From positions 480,001 to 544,000 of the forward strand of contig OZ245838.1 in NCBI GenBank assembly GCA_965228735.1: DNA of 64,000 nucleotides, read 5' to 3'. Shown piece after piece: positions 49,973-60,043 of the stretch. The position numbers and the translations under genes were made by a program. Origin of the DNA: Planctomycetota bacterium. GTDB lineage: Bacteria > Planctomycetota > UBA1135 > UBA2386. The notes below the pieces were generated by a model that was given only the letters and a program-made list of their open reading frames with translations, ran no database searches and was not told the DNA's origin. Each line of letters begins with the position of its first letter. Position 1 is the first letter of the stretch.

Positions 49973-51718
49973 ATGATCACGAGCTTCCGAGGTGTCCGCG
50001 CGCTCGCCATCTGCGTCGCGGCGTTTGCCGGTCCGATTGCGGCGCAGGTCGTGACCGTGAACCTGACCGCTGCGCCCGGCACCGTGCAGGTGGCGCCGGG
50101 TGTCAACGTCAACGGTTGGTTCTACAACGGCACGCTGCCGGGCCAGCTGCTGCGGATCACGGAGGGGCAGACCCTGCGCGTTCGTTTCCACAACGATCTG
50201 CCGGAGTCGACCGCAGTGCATTGGCACGGGCAGCCGGTCCGGCTCGGCATGGACGGCGTGCCTGGGATCTCGCGGCCCGCGATCGCTCCGGGCCAGGAGT
50301 TCGTCTACGAACTCCCGAATCTCGTGCCGGGCACCTACTGGTATCACACCCACGGGCACGAGCACCAGCTCGACATCGGCCTCGCTGGTGTGTTGATCGT
50401 CGATCCCGCGAACCCGGCGAACGACCCGCAGTTCGACGTCGAGCAGACCATCGTGCTCGATGAATGGAGTAACCCGCTCGGCGGTGGCTTCACGGGCAAC
50501 CTGATCAACGGCCGCAGCTCCCACGGACAGGCTCCCATCGTCGTGCAGCCGGGCCAGCGGTTGCGGTTGCGCGTGATCAATGCCTCTGCGGTGACGAACT
50601 ATGTGTTCGCGCTCGACGGCCACGCGATGACCGTGACTCATGCCGACGGCAACCGCGTGCAGCCGGTCACCGTGCAGTCTGTCCCGATCGGCATCGGCGA
50701 ACGCTACGACGTGATCGTCGACTGCAACAACCCCGGCGTCTGGAGTCTCGCGGCCTCGCGGATCCAGAACCGCAATCAAACCGTCGTTCGCGGCGTGATT
50801 CGCTACGCCGGTCAAGCCCAGCCCGATCCTGCGGCGGGCTACGTCCCCGCCAATCTGTCCTCGGGTTCGCTGCTGTCGTACGCGCAGCTCGCGGCCTACT
50901 TCCCGGTGACGCCGCTCACGTCGACACCGAACCGAACGCTTCCGGTCGTCCTCGGCATGAGCGGCGGTCCGCAGGGCATGCAGCACACGATCAACGGGCA
51001 GGCCTGGCCCAACGAGACGCCGATGCTGGCCGGGTCCGGTGAGCAGGTCCAGATGAACATCACCAACGGCGGAATGATGATGATGTCGGACTACCATCCG
51101 ATGCACATCCATGGCCATTTCTTCCGCCTGATGAACACCGCCGGGGGCACGACTTTCCCGCCGCTCAAGGACACCGTGCTGATTCGGCCCACGTCGCAGG
51201 CTGGCAGCTCGGCGCAGGTGCAGATCACGATGGACAACCCCGGGCGCTGGCTCTTCCACTGCCACAACATGGATCACATGGCGGGCGGCATGATGACCAG
51301 CATCGATTATGTCGGCGACGCCGATCTCGATGGCGTTCCCGACGCGCGCGACTTCGAACCTACACGGGCTACGCCCGTGATGCTGATCTCAGACGAGGCG
51401 GCGGCGTTCGCTCCCGGCGCCACGAATCAGGTGCAGGTGCAGTGGACTCCGGGCGAAGGCTTCGTGCTGTTCGTCGGCTTGTTCGAGCTCGCGACTCCAT
51501 TGCCCGCGCCGCCGTACGGCACGTACGTGATGGATCCCGGCAGCTCGGCGTTCTACGGCGGCGCGGTGACGTCCGCGGCGGGCCTCGCCGGCTTCGGCTA
51601 CACGATCCCGAACGACCCGGGCCTGTCCGGACTGCGCCTGCTGCTGCAGGGTGTCGGCACCACGAATCTCGCAGGTGGCATGCGGCTGTCGACCTGCCAG
51701 GCGTTGTGGGGCCGTTGA
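49973..51718 (+). CDS. Multicopper oxidase with C-terminal extension
   Basis: HWHG, YWYHTH, HPMHIHGH, HCHNMDHM; DADLDGVPD linker. Confidence 0.9.
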   Translation: MITSFRGVRALAICVAAFAGPIAAQVVTVNLTAAPGTVQVAPGVNVNGWFYNGTLPGQLLRITEGQTLRVRFHNDLPESTAVHWHGQPVRLGMDGVPGISRPAIAPGQEFVYELPNLVPGTYWYHTHGHEHQLDIGLAGVLIVDPANPANDPQFDVEQTIVLDEWSNPLGGGFTGNLINGRSSHGQAPIVVQPGQRLRLRVINASAVTNYVFALDGHAMTVTHADGNRVQPVTVQSVPIGIGERYDVIVDCNNPGVWSLAASRIQNRNQTVVRGVIRYAGQAQPDPAAGYVPANLSSGSLLSYAQLAAYFPVTPLTSTPNRTLPVVLGMSGGPQGMQHTINGQAWPNETPMLAGSGEQVQMNITNGGMMMMSDYHPMHIHGHFFRLMNTAGGTTFPPLKDTVLIRPTSQAGSSAQVQITMDNPGRWLFHCHNMDHMAGGMMTSIDYVGDADLDGVPDARDFEPTRATPVMLISDEAAAFAPGATNQVQVQWTPGEGFVLFVGLFELATPLPAPPYGTYVMDPGSSAFYGGAVTSAAGLAGFGYTIPNDPGLSGLRLLLQGVGTTNLAGGMRLSTCQALWGR

Positions 51719-51764
51719 CGCAGGCAAGCAGCCTGGCCGGATTCGTCGCGAGCAGCGCGAGGGC

Positions 51765-52627
51765 TCAGAGCGCGAGGCGGCGTGTTGTCAGGCTGTCATC
51801 GACGATGAGTAGCGTGTCGTCATCCTCTTCGGTCCAGTCCTCGTCGGTTAGGGGCTCGGACGCAACGATCACCGCGCGGCATGGCAGGCGATCGACGGTG
51901 GGGTGCGACGGCTTCGCGAGCCGGTGACACTTCGGGCAGTGGCACGTGCCGCAGAGTTCGCACGTGCCCAAGACTTGCCGTTGTAGTGAGAACAATCGCC
52001 GGCCACGGCGTGACGCGAGGAGCATTCGGGAGTCCGCGAGCACGAAGTTGAGGGTCGCCTCGGAGGATGTGCGTCGTGCGCAGAGGCTGCGAACATGTCG
52101 CAGACCGGTGCGAACGACCTCGGCGACGATCGCCGGCGGCGCCTCGGGCGTGCCGTTTGGCGTGTGTTCAGCGAGCCGCGCCAGCAGCCATAGAAACAGC
52201 AGTTCGCTGTCGGTCGTGCCGCGCCGGTGCTGGCGAATCACGCCGGGCAGGTCACCGAGCAGACTCGGCTCGATGGCATCGAATGCGGGAATCGTGCCGT
52301 TGTGTGCGAAGACCCATGGCCCGAATGCGAAAGGGTGCACGTTCTCGTTCCGGGTGTCTCCGACCGTCGCCGCCCGCACATGGGCGACGAGCGTGCGGGC
52401 GCGGATGTGGCTCGCATCGACGCGGAACCGCGGATCGGCTGCGGCTTGGAACGCGCGCTTGTCCACGTGCGGTTCGCCTTTCTCGAACCACGCGATGCCC
52501 CAGCCGTCGGCATTCGCTCGTCCGCGCCGATCCTCGCGGCTTTGTTGCAGCATGGAGTTCTGCGCGCAGACGAGGGCGCATTCGACCGCGGTGGGCTGCT
52601 CCGAGAAGTAGCATATAGGCGGCACAT
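51765..52627 (-). pseudogene. Class II glutamine amidotransferase (EgtC/YafJ-like) with 5' frameshift
   Basis: ATG 52627 gives MCRLY, out of frame with the body (DGWG, AHVRAAT, HPF, HNG, GTTDSE, ASEPL). Confidence 0.7.
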
Positions 52628-52631
52628 CGGT

Positions 52632-53903
52632 CTAGCGAGGCAGGAGCCCGCTAGCGGCGAGCCAAACGTGAAGGGCCACACCAGCCGCGCAGCCGACCAG
52701 GATCACGGGACTCCACACCAGATGGGTCGTGAACGTGTAGGAGCCGCGCGACACTCCCATGAGTGCGACGCCGGCGGCCGATCCGGTCGACAACAGCGAG
52801 CCGCCGATGCCGGCGGTCAGAGTTACGAGCAACCAGTCGGATCGACCCATCGCCGGGTCCATCTCGAGAACCGCGAACATGACCGGCACGTTGTCGAGCA
52901 CAGCGGACCCGACGCCGACGAGCAGGTTCGCAGGGGTTGCGCCGAGCTCGCCGTAGAGCAGCGTCGCGGCGGTGTCGAGGTGACCGAACACGGCGAGGCC
53001 GCCGAGGCAGAGGATCACGCCGAAGAAGAACAGCATGGTGTCCCACTCCACGCCGCGGATGTGTTCGAAGACCTTGCGGCCCGGATGATCGAGGTCACCG
53101 TGCCGCCGGCAGTCCCAGTAGCAGTAGAGCATGTAGTAGCCGAGACCGGTCGTCATGCCGAGGAACGGTGGCAGGTGGAGGATGCTGTGGAACAGGATGG
53201 CGGTCGCGATGGTCGCCACGAACAGCCCCGAGACGATGGCCCAGTCCGCCCCCAGCGTCACGGCCGGCGGCGATTGCGGGGTCTTGGATTGCCCGATGGC
53301 AAACTGCATCACGAAGGCCGGCAACAGCCAGCTGATCAGTGCGGGCGGGACGAGCCACAAGAAGCCTGTCGTCTCGACCTTGCCCGCCTGCCAGACCATG
53401 AGTGTGGTGAGATCGCCGAAGGGCGAGAACGCGCCGCCGGCGTTGGCGGCAACCACGACGTTGACGCTTGCGATGGCGACGAACCGGGCGTTCCCTTGGC
53501 CAATCGCAGCGACGACCGCTCCGAGCACCAGCGCCGTCGTCAGGTTGTCGGCGAGCGGTGAGAGCAGAAGGGCCAGGCTGCCCGTGACCCAGAAGCTGCG
53601 ACGCAGTCCACCGGGGCCGCTGATCAGTCTGGCGCTGATCCAGTCGAACACCCCGCGCGCCCGGATGGCGTTGACGTACGCCATCGCGACGAGCAGGAAC
53701 AAGAACAGCTCACCGAACTCGTAGACGCTGTCGCGAACGCTCGCGGTGACCGCTTCGCGGTCGTGCTCTACGGCCGCCATGACCCAGATGGCTCCGGCCC
53801 CGAGCAGCAGCGGCTTCGACTTGCGCAGCCTGGTGAAGTCCTCCGCGATGACGAGTGCGTAGGCCAGCGCGAAGATGCCGAGTGCGACCAGAGAAAGGGT
53901 CAA
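52632..53903 (-). CDS. nhaD: NhaD-family Na+/H+ antiporter
   Basis: LRKSKP, SPLADNLTT, AANAGGAFSPFGDLTT, DNVP, GGSLLSTGSAAGVALMG. Confidence 0.9.
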   Translation of the reverse strand: MTLSLVALGIFALAYALVIAEDFTRLRKSKPLLLGAGAIWVMAAVEHDREAVTASVRDSVYEFGELFLFLLVAMAYVNAIRARGVFDWISARLISGPGGLRRSFWVTGSLALLLSPLADNLTTALVLGAVVAAIGQGNARFVAIASVNVVVAANAGGAFSPFGDLTTLMVWQAGKVETTGFLWLVPPALISWLLPAFVMQFAIGQSKTPQSPPAVTLGADWAIVSGLFVATIATAILFHSILHLPPFLGMTTGLGYYMLYCYWDCRRHGDLDHPGRKVFEHIRGVEWDTMLFFFGVILCLGGLAVFGHLDTAATLLYGELGATPANLLVGVGSAVLDNVPVMFAVLEMDPAMGRSDWLLVTLTAGIGGSLLSTGSAAGVALMGVSRGSYTFTTHLVWSPVILVGCAAGVALHVWLAASGLLPR

Positions 53904-53912
53904 CGATTCTCC

Positions 53913-56240
53913 TCAGAGGTGGACGCTCCGCAGACGCAGAGCGTTACCGATCACGGAGACCGAGCTGAGACTCATCGCTGCCGCCGCGATCATCGGACTC
54001 AGCAGCAGGCCTGTGAGCGGGAAGAGAACGCCGGCGGCAATCGGCACGCCGATGATGTTGTAGCCGAACGCGAACACCAGATTCTGGGTGATGTTGCGCA
54101 TCGTCGCATGGCTGAGAGCAGTCGCCCGGGCGATGCCGGCGAGGTCGCCTTTCACGAGTGTCACGGCTGCGCTCTCCATCGCGATGTCGGTGCCCGTGCC
54201 CATCGCGATGCCGACGTCGGCGACGGCGAGCGCAGGGGAGTCGTTGATGCCGTCGCCGGCCATCGCGACTCTGTGGCCCTCGGACTGCAGTTGTTTGACG
54301 ATCCGCACCTTGTCGTCGGGCAGGGCATCGGCATGGACTTCGTCGATCCCGAGCGCGCGCGCCACGGCTTCGGCGGTCTTGCGACTGTCACCGGTGAGCA
54401 TGACGATCCGCAACCCTGCGCGGTGGAGCTCGTCGATGGCCGGGCCGGTCGTTTCCTTGATGGGATCCGACACAGCGAGCACTCCGGTAGCACTGCCGTC
54501 CACACTCAGGAACATCGCAGTGGCACCGCCGCCACGCATGTCGTCGACCTTCGCGGACCAGGCGCTCACGTCGACGTCGAGTTGCTCCATCAGGGCAAGG
54601 TTGCCGAGCGCGATGCGGTGGCCGTCCACGACTCCGGTCACACCCTTACCGGTGACTGCCTCGAAGCTCGCCGACTCTGGGACCGCGAGCCGTCGGTCGC
54701 GGGCGCCGGCTACGATGGCGAGGCCGATCGGGTGCTCGCTCAGGCTCTCGAGGGCAGCTGCGTATCGCAGGACCTCGTCGTCGGAGCTGTTTGGTCCCGA
54801 AACAACTGCGGTCAACGAGGGCTTGCCGCGCGTCAGTGTGCCGGTCTTGTCGACGACGAGGGAGTCGACGTCGCGCATCGCCTCGATTGCGCGTGCGTCG
54901 CGGAACAGGACGCCTATGTGCGCGCCTTTCCCGGTCGCGACCATGATGGACATCGGCGTGGCGAGCCCCAGAGCGCAAGGACACGCGATGATCAGCACCG
55001 CGACGGCGTTGACGAGGCCGTAGGCCAGCGCGGGTTCTGGTCCGATCGCAGACCACACGACGAAAGTGACCACTGCCGTAGCGATGACGATCGGTACGAA
55101 CCAGCTCGCCACGGCGTCCACGAGCCGCTGCACCGGTGCGCGCGAACGCTGTGCATCGGCGACCATCTGGACGATCCGGGCGAGCAGGGTGTCGGCTCCG
55201 ACCTTCTTCGCGACCATCAGCAAGCTGCCGTTGCCGTTGACGGTTCCGGCGACGAGCAGATCATCGGTTGCCTTGTCGACCGGAGTCGGTTCGCCGCTGA
55301 TCATCGATTCGTCGACGCTGCTCGTGCCCTCGAGGACTCGCCCGTCCACCGGGATCTTCTCGCCGGGACGGATTCTCAGGCGGTCGCCGACCTGCACGCT
55401 CGCAATGTCGACTTCTTCCTCCGTGCCATCGGGCTGGAGGCGGTGGGTAGTCTTGGGTGTGAGATCGAGCAGGGCGCGAATGGCTGCACCGGTGCTGCTT
55501 CGCGCCTTGAGCTCGAGGACCTGGCCGAGCAGCACGAGGGCCACGATCGTCGCTGCGGCCTCGAAGTAGACGGCAACCTGGCCGTCCGCGTTCTGGAATC
55601 CCGGCGGGAACATCGTCGGCGCGATGGTTGCGACGATGCTGTACGCATATGCCACGAGCACGCCCATGCCGATGAGCGTGAACATGTTGAGCTTGCGATG
55701 CCGCAGCGAGTCGTACGCGCGCGTCAAGAGCGGCCACGCCGACCACAGGACCACGGGAGTGGTAAGGGTAAGCTCGAGCCACCGCGACAGGGTGTGGCCG
55801 AGCAGGCCGGCAATCGGTTTGCCCGGCAGGACCATGTCAGCCATCGCGAGCACGATGACGGGTACCGTGAAGACCGCGGCGACGACGGTACGGCGCTGCA
55901 TGTCGCGCAGTTCGTCGCTGCCCTCGTCGTCGCCGCTGCCGGGAGTCAGGGGCTCGAGCGACATGCCGCAGATCGGGCACGTGCCCGGCCCGTGTTGCCG
56001 CACCTCCGGGTGCATCGGGCAGGTGAAGGTCGCGGTCGAGTTCGTCGGTGCCGCCGGTGAGATCGCCTTCGCGCTACCGGGCAGGAACGACTGCGGGGCC
56101 TGTATGAACCGGTCCCGGCAGTGCGCCGAACAGAACGCATAGCTCGTTCCGTCGAACTCGGCGTGGGGCGAATCCGGCCGGACTTGCACGTCCATGCCGC
56201 AGACAGGGTCGATCAGGACCGTCTTGGTGTTCTTGGTCAA
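53913..56240 (-). CDS. Copper-translocating P1B-type ATPase with YHS and heavy-metal-binding domains
   Basis: DPVCGM, TCPMHP...[39 protein letters not shown]...P, MSLSS. TTG start inferred. Confidence 0.93.
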   Translation of the reverse strand: MTKNTKTVLIDPVCGMDVQVRPDSPHAEFDGTSYAFCSAHCRDRFIQAPQSFLPGSAKAISPAAPTNSTATFTCPMHPEVRQHGPGTCPICGMSLEPLTPGSGDDEGSDELRDMQRRTVVAAVFTVPVIVLAMADMVLPGKPIAGLLGHTLSRWLELTLTTPVVLWSAWPLLTRAYDSLRHRKLNMFTLIGMGVLVAYAYSIVATIAPTMFPPGFQNADGQVAVYFEAAATIVALVLLGQVLELKARSSTGAAIRALLDLTPKTTHRLQPDGTEEEVDIASVQVGDRLRIRPGEKIPVDGRVLEGTSSVDESMISGEPTPVDKATDDLLVAGTVNGNGSLLMVAKKVGADTLLARIVQMVADAQRSRAPVQRLVDAVASWFVPIVIATAVVTFVVWSAIGPEPALAYGLVNAVAVLIIACPCALGLATPMSIMVATGKGAHIGVLFRDARAIEAMRDVDSLVVDKTGTLTRGKPSLTAVVSGPNSSDDEVLRYAAALESLSEHPIGLAIVAGARDRRLAVPESASFEAVTGKGVTGVVDGHRIALGNLALMEQLDVDVSAWSAKVDDMRGGGATAMFLSVDGSATGVLAVSDPIKETTGPAIDELHRAGLRIVMLTGDSRKTAEAVARALGIDEVHADALPDDKVRIVKQLQSEGHRVAMAGDGINDSPALAVADVGIAMGTGTDIAMESAAVTLVKGDLAGIARATALSHATMRNITQNLVFAFGYNIIGVPIAAGVLFPLTGLLLSPMIAAAAMSLSSVSVIGNALRLRSVHL

Positions 56241-56694
56241 GTCGTCGGGCCTTGGTTCTTCATGAGGTTGTGGATGACCCCTATGGCACCACCGAGCCCG
56301 GGAATCCAACTCGCTTTCTCGATCGGATCCGCCGCACGCAGCAAAGGACGTTCCAACTGTGGCGCCTCCATCGGCATCTCTGAGGGCGCCTGTCGTCGTT
56401 GGCCATGGCTGTCGTTGGAGTCCATACGTCTCGTGATCCGCACGTGCCGACTCGCCAGTTCTTGGCGAATGGGCCGTCAGGAACTGCCTACGCGCAGAGG
56501 CGTAGGCATGGCGAGTAATGCATGACTTGGCCCGACTCGCGGGGGGCGACGAGGACATCAGCGCCGTGCTGTCGAGCCGGTTTCGGTCCCGCGCGCGGTA
56601 CGGTGTTTGCCTCGTTCCATCCCGTGGCGCGAGTGTGCACGACGATGATCAGAACGCGAACTGTCGCCGGCGATGCCGCGGCGGAGGGCGGGCC

Positions 56695-57912
56695 ATGGAG
56701 TTGGTGATCCAGCCCCCGGCGCAGCCCTGGTGGCGGTATCCGCCGCTTCGCAACGTGCTCCTTGCCGTTCTCGTTGCAGCTGCCGGTTGGGCGATGGTAG
56801 ACCCTGCCAGCAGCCAGGCCGTACGGAGTCTCCCTTGGCGCGTGGCCCTCGTCATCGCGTCGTATCGGTGGGCCTACCGGTCGATCGATGCCCTGTGTCT
56901 CGAGCAACGCCTGAGCGGCGGCCTGCTCGTTCTCATTGCCGTCGTCGGTCTCGGTCTTGTCGGGGCTTGGATCGAAGCAGCGGTCGTCGGCACCCTCTAC
57001 GCCGGCGCCGATGGGTTGGTTTCCTACCAGTTCGAACGCGTTCGCCAGGCGGCGGATCGCCTTCGGCGGCTCGCTCCTGGCAAGGCGGTCCTGAAGCACA
57101 AGCGTCGCCAGAAGACGGTGCCGATCGATCGCCTGAGGGTCGGTGACCACTTCTATGTGGGCCGCGGACAAGTCGTGGCCGCCGACGGCGTGGTGGTGGA
57201 TGGCGCAAGCAGTGTCTTTCAGCCGTTCGCGATCGGCGAGGCCGTCGTTGTGGACAAGGCGGCAGGCGACTCGGTCCTCGCGGGCAGCATCAATGGACCG
57301 GGTGTGTTGACAGTCGAGGCACGTGAGACCCCGAAGGGCGCGGTCCTTGCTCGCACGATCGACCTGTTGGAGAGGGTGCAGAGTAGCCAGGCGGACGAGC
57401 GGACCCGAATCGAGGCTGCCGCGAAGTGGACTTGTCTCGGGGTGCTTCTGGTGGCGGTTCCACTGTACGTGATGGCCAGGGCCGGCAACCTGCCGTCGGT
57501 GTGGGCGGAGCGTGCCGTTGCGCTCCTGGTTGCGGCCGTGCCGGACGCTGTGATGGTGGCCCGGCCGATCCTTGCGACGGCAATGATCGTCAGTTCTGTT
57601 CGAGGGGCCGCAGAAGGTGCGCTTGCGGGTTGTCGCCTCGGTGGCCTGGCCGAGGTCGTGACGCAGAGGGCGCGAAGGTTGGCCGACCCGGTCGCGCGGA
57701 AGTCGTTCGTCGTGTCGGCTGCGCTGATCCTACTCGTTGTCTTCGACGTCGTTGGCGTCCTGGGCGCAGCTCTCGTTCAGGCAGCCGTACTGGCGTGGAT
57801 CGTGGTGACCGGATGGCGTGCGGGACAGGTTTCAGCCTTGGACACGAACGATGGCCGCGACGGACGGGATGTCGTCGATCATGGCGAACAACAAGTAGTG
57901 TCCGAGCGGTAG
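56695..57912 (+). CDS. Degenerate P1B-ATPase-like protein lacking P and N domains
   Basis: WWRYPPLRN, TM helices, actuator-like DGVVVDG.S...GE...DK..GD.V.AGSIN; no DKTGT or GDG.ND. Confidence 0.6.
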   Translation: MELVIQPPAQPWWRYPPLRNVLLAVLVAAAGWAMVDPASSQAVRSLPWRVALVIASYRWAYRSIDALCLEQRLSGGLLVLIAVVGLGLVGAWIEAAVVGTLYAGADGLVSYQFERVRQAADRLRRLAPGKAVLKHKRRQKTVPIDRLRVGDHFYVGRGQVVAADGVVVDGASSVFQPFAIGEAVVVDKAAGDSVLAGSINGPGVLTVEARETPKGAVLARTIDLLERVQSSQADERTRIEAAAKWTCLGVLLVAVPLYVMARAGNLPSVWAERAVALLVAAVPDAVMVARPILATAMIVSSVRGAAEGALAGCRLGGLAEVVTQRARRLADPVARKSFVVSAALILLVVFDVVGVLGAALVQAAVLAWIVVTGWRAGQVSALDTNDGRDGRDVVDHGEQQVVSER

Positions 57913-59928
57913 CCGATTCGGGTCGCTCGGCAGGGTGCAGGTGATCGCCGCACCACTCTGGCTGACGGGCAGCTCGAGGCGGCGAGGCACGCCGCCGTCG
58001 ACCCAGTGCGTCGTGACGCCCGTGCCGATCAACACGACCGACGTCAGGGCCGTGGCAGGCGATACATCGAACGCGACGGTGCCACCGCGTTGGAAGACGC
58101 TGGTGGTCAGGTTGTTGATGCGCGGTCGCACGCCGCGGAACAGATACGGCGGGCTCCAGGCGTCGATGTCGGGCGACAGCGGTGTGTTGTTGAACTTGAT
58201 CTTGGTGCCGCCGGTCGTCGCCACGCGCCCGTCGGGTAGTAGCAGGGTCACCGCGTGGTACTCGCGGAACTTCGGCGTGTCCGCGACACGGCGCCAGGAA
58301 TCGGCATCCGGATCGTAGAGATCGGTCCGCTTGACGACGCCATAGAGTGTCGGTGTCGCGGTCGACTGGTTGAGCACGTCGCCGCCTTGCACGAGCACCC
58401 TGCCGTCGGGCAGTGGCACGACCTCGCACTGCGCACGCTTCAGGCTCGGGCTCGACCGTGCGCTCCACGTACCCGCTACGGGATCGTACACCTCCGCCAT
58501 GGCAGCCTGGTGGCCGGCGGTCTGGGTGTTGATGCCGATCACGAGTGCTCGACCGTCGTGGAGCACCACGAGACTGTGGTCGGAGTGGCCGGGCCAGCCG
58601 CGGTTGCCGCCGACGAACCCGCCGGTCGGCTGCCATGCGCCGGTCGCGGGGTCGTAGAGCTCGGGCGCGCCCCAAGTCCTCAGCACGAGGCCGTTGTAGA
58701 GCAGCGCCGCGGGCGGAAACTCGACCGCCTGGCCCATCGTGCCGGTCCACGACCACGTGTTGGTCGCCGGGTCGAAGAGCTCGCAGGTTGGAGTGCGCAC
58801 CGCGGACGGCGCCGTGCCACCGCCCATGATCAGCAGTCGCCCGTCGTTGAGCCTGGCGAGGCCGGGATACCAGCGACCGGTCGAGTTGAGCAGCCACGGC
58901 AGCCCCTGCCAGCCGAGCTGCGCCGACCATGCCTTCACGCGTCGCGTGGCATTCTGGAACTGGCTCGGCGCTGCACCGTCCTGGCCACCGACCAGAATCA
59001 CGCGGCCGTCTTCGAGCAGGGTGCCGTGCATGCAGCCCTGCTCGGATCCGGACGCCGCGGGAAAGCTCTTCTGGCCGGTGACCGGGTCGAACACGATCGG
59101 ATCGGTCGTGTCATGGCAGTAGAACAGGCGGCCGTCCGGCAGCAGCACGCCGATGTCGGTGGCGTCGAGCGTCTCGGGGAGAGTGTTGCCGATCACGTTC
59201 CATTCGCCGGGGTGCGTCTCGGACTGCAGAGTGAAGCTGCGGGTCGCGCCGGAAGTCCCGATCGTCAGAGCGCTCTCGACGTAGTCGAAGCCGGGTTTGG
59301 CGCAGCCGATGCGGAAGTTGCCGGGCAGCACGGGCAACGAGTAGTTGCCGCTCGCGTCGCTGCGCGTTTCGGTGAAGACCTCGAGCTCGGGAGTGAACAA
59401 GGTGACCCGGGCCCCCGACACGGGCTGGCTCGTTCCCGTTTCCAGGACCGTTCCGGTGAGATTGACCGTCGGTGACGGCGCCACCGACACAGCGAGTGCG
59501 CGCGTGCCGTACCAGGGCTCGCCCGTCGGCAGGCCGAGTGCCTGCAGGTAGAACGTCCAGTTGGCGCCGCCGGGTGGGATGGCGATCGCGACGCTTCCTT
59601 CGCCGTTCGGTCCCGCGCCGAACGCGGCCGATGCCACGATCGAGATGTGCAGCGCGCAGCCAGGGGCAAACCCCATGGCTTGCGGCACGACCCACGGCAG
59701 AGGTGTGCTGTTCCAGCTCGTCGTCGAGAAACCGAGGAGCAGGAAGTGGGGTGCGCCGGACGCGGCGTCGTTGACTCGCGCTGCGACCGTCTGTCCCGGC
59801 ACGGGCGAGCCGTAGGCGTCGAGCAGGGTCTGGCGCGCGCCGCAGCCAGCGCCCAGCGGGGCGATCGACTGCGCGGTGAGCGAGACGAGGAACGTCGCGG
59901 GCGCGACGATGCGCAAGAGCGTGGGCAT
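57832..59928 (-). CDS. Copper radical oxidase (galactose/glyoxal oxidase-like) with kelch repeats
   Basis: GCMHG, RWYP, REYHAV and TTH ligand motifs; SPPYLFRG; DUF1929-like tail. Confidence 0.85.
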   Translation of the reverse strand: MPTLLRIVAPATFLVSLTAQSIAPLGAGCGARQTLLDAYGSPVPGQTVAARVNDAASGAPHFLLLGFSTTSWNSTPLPWVVPQAMGFAPGCALHISIVASAAFGAGPNGEGSVAIAIPPGGANWTFYLQALGLPTGEPWYGTRALAVSVAPSPTVNLTGTVLETGTSQPVSGARVTLFTPELEVFTETRSDASGNYSLPVLPGNFRIGCAKPGFDYVESALTIGTSGATRSFTLQSETHPGEWNVIGNTLPETLDATDIGVLLPDGRLFYCHDTTDPIVFDPVTGQKSFPAASGSEQGCMHGTLLEDGRVILVGGQDGAAPSQFQNATRRVKAWSAQLGWQGLPWLLNSTGRWYPGLARLNDGRLLIMGGGTAPSAVRTPTCELFDPATNTWSWTGTMGQAVEFPPAALLYNGLVLRTWGAPELYDPATGAWQPTGGFVGGNRGWPGHSDHSLVVLHDGRALVIGINTQTAGHQAAMAEVYDPVAGTWSARSSPSLKRAQCEVVPLPDGRVLVQGGDVLNQSTATPTLYGVVKRTDLYDPDADSWRRVADTPKFREYHAVTLLLPDGRVATTGGTKIKFNNTPLSPDIDAWSPPYLFRGVRPRINNLTTSVFQRGGTVAFDVSPATALTSVVLIGTGVTTHWVDGGVPRRLELPVSQSGAAITCTLPSDPNRLPLGHYLLFAMIDDIPSVAAIVRVQG

Positions 59929-60043
59929 GGCGGATCCAAGATACACCGGGGGAACGAGTTCGGAGAGGGGGTGCGCTGCTCGACGATCGTCCCAATGCGG
60001 CCGGTATCATGTGAGCGTTCCCCTGCCGGTGAGGTTGTCCGTC

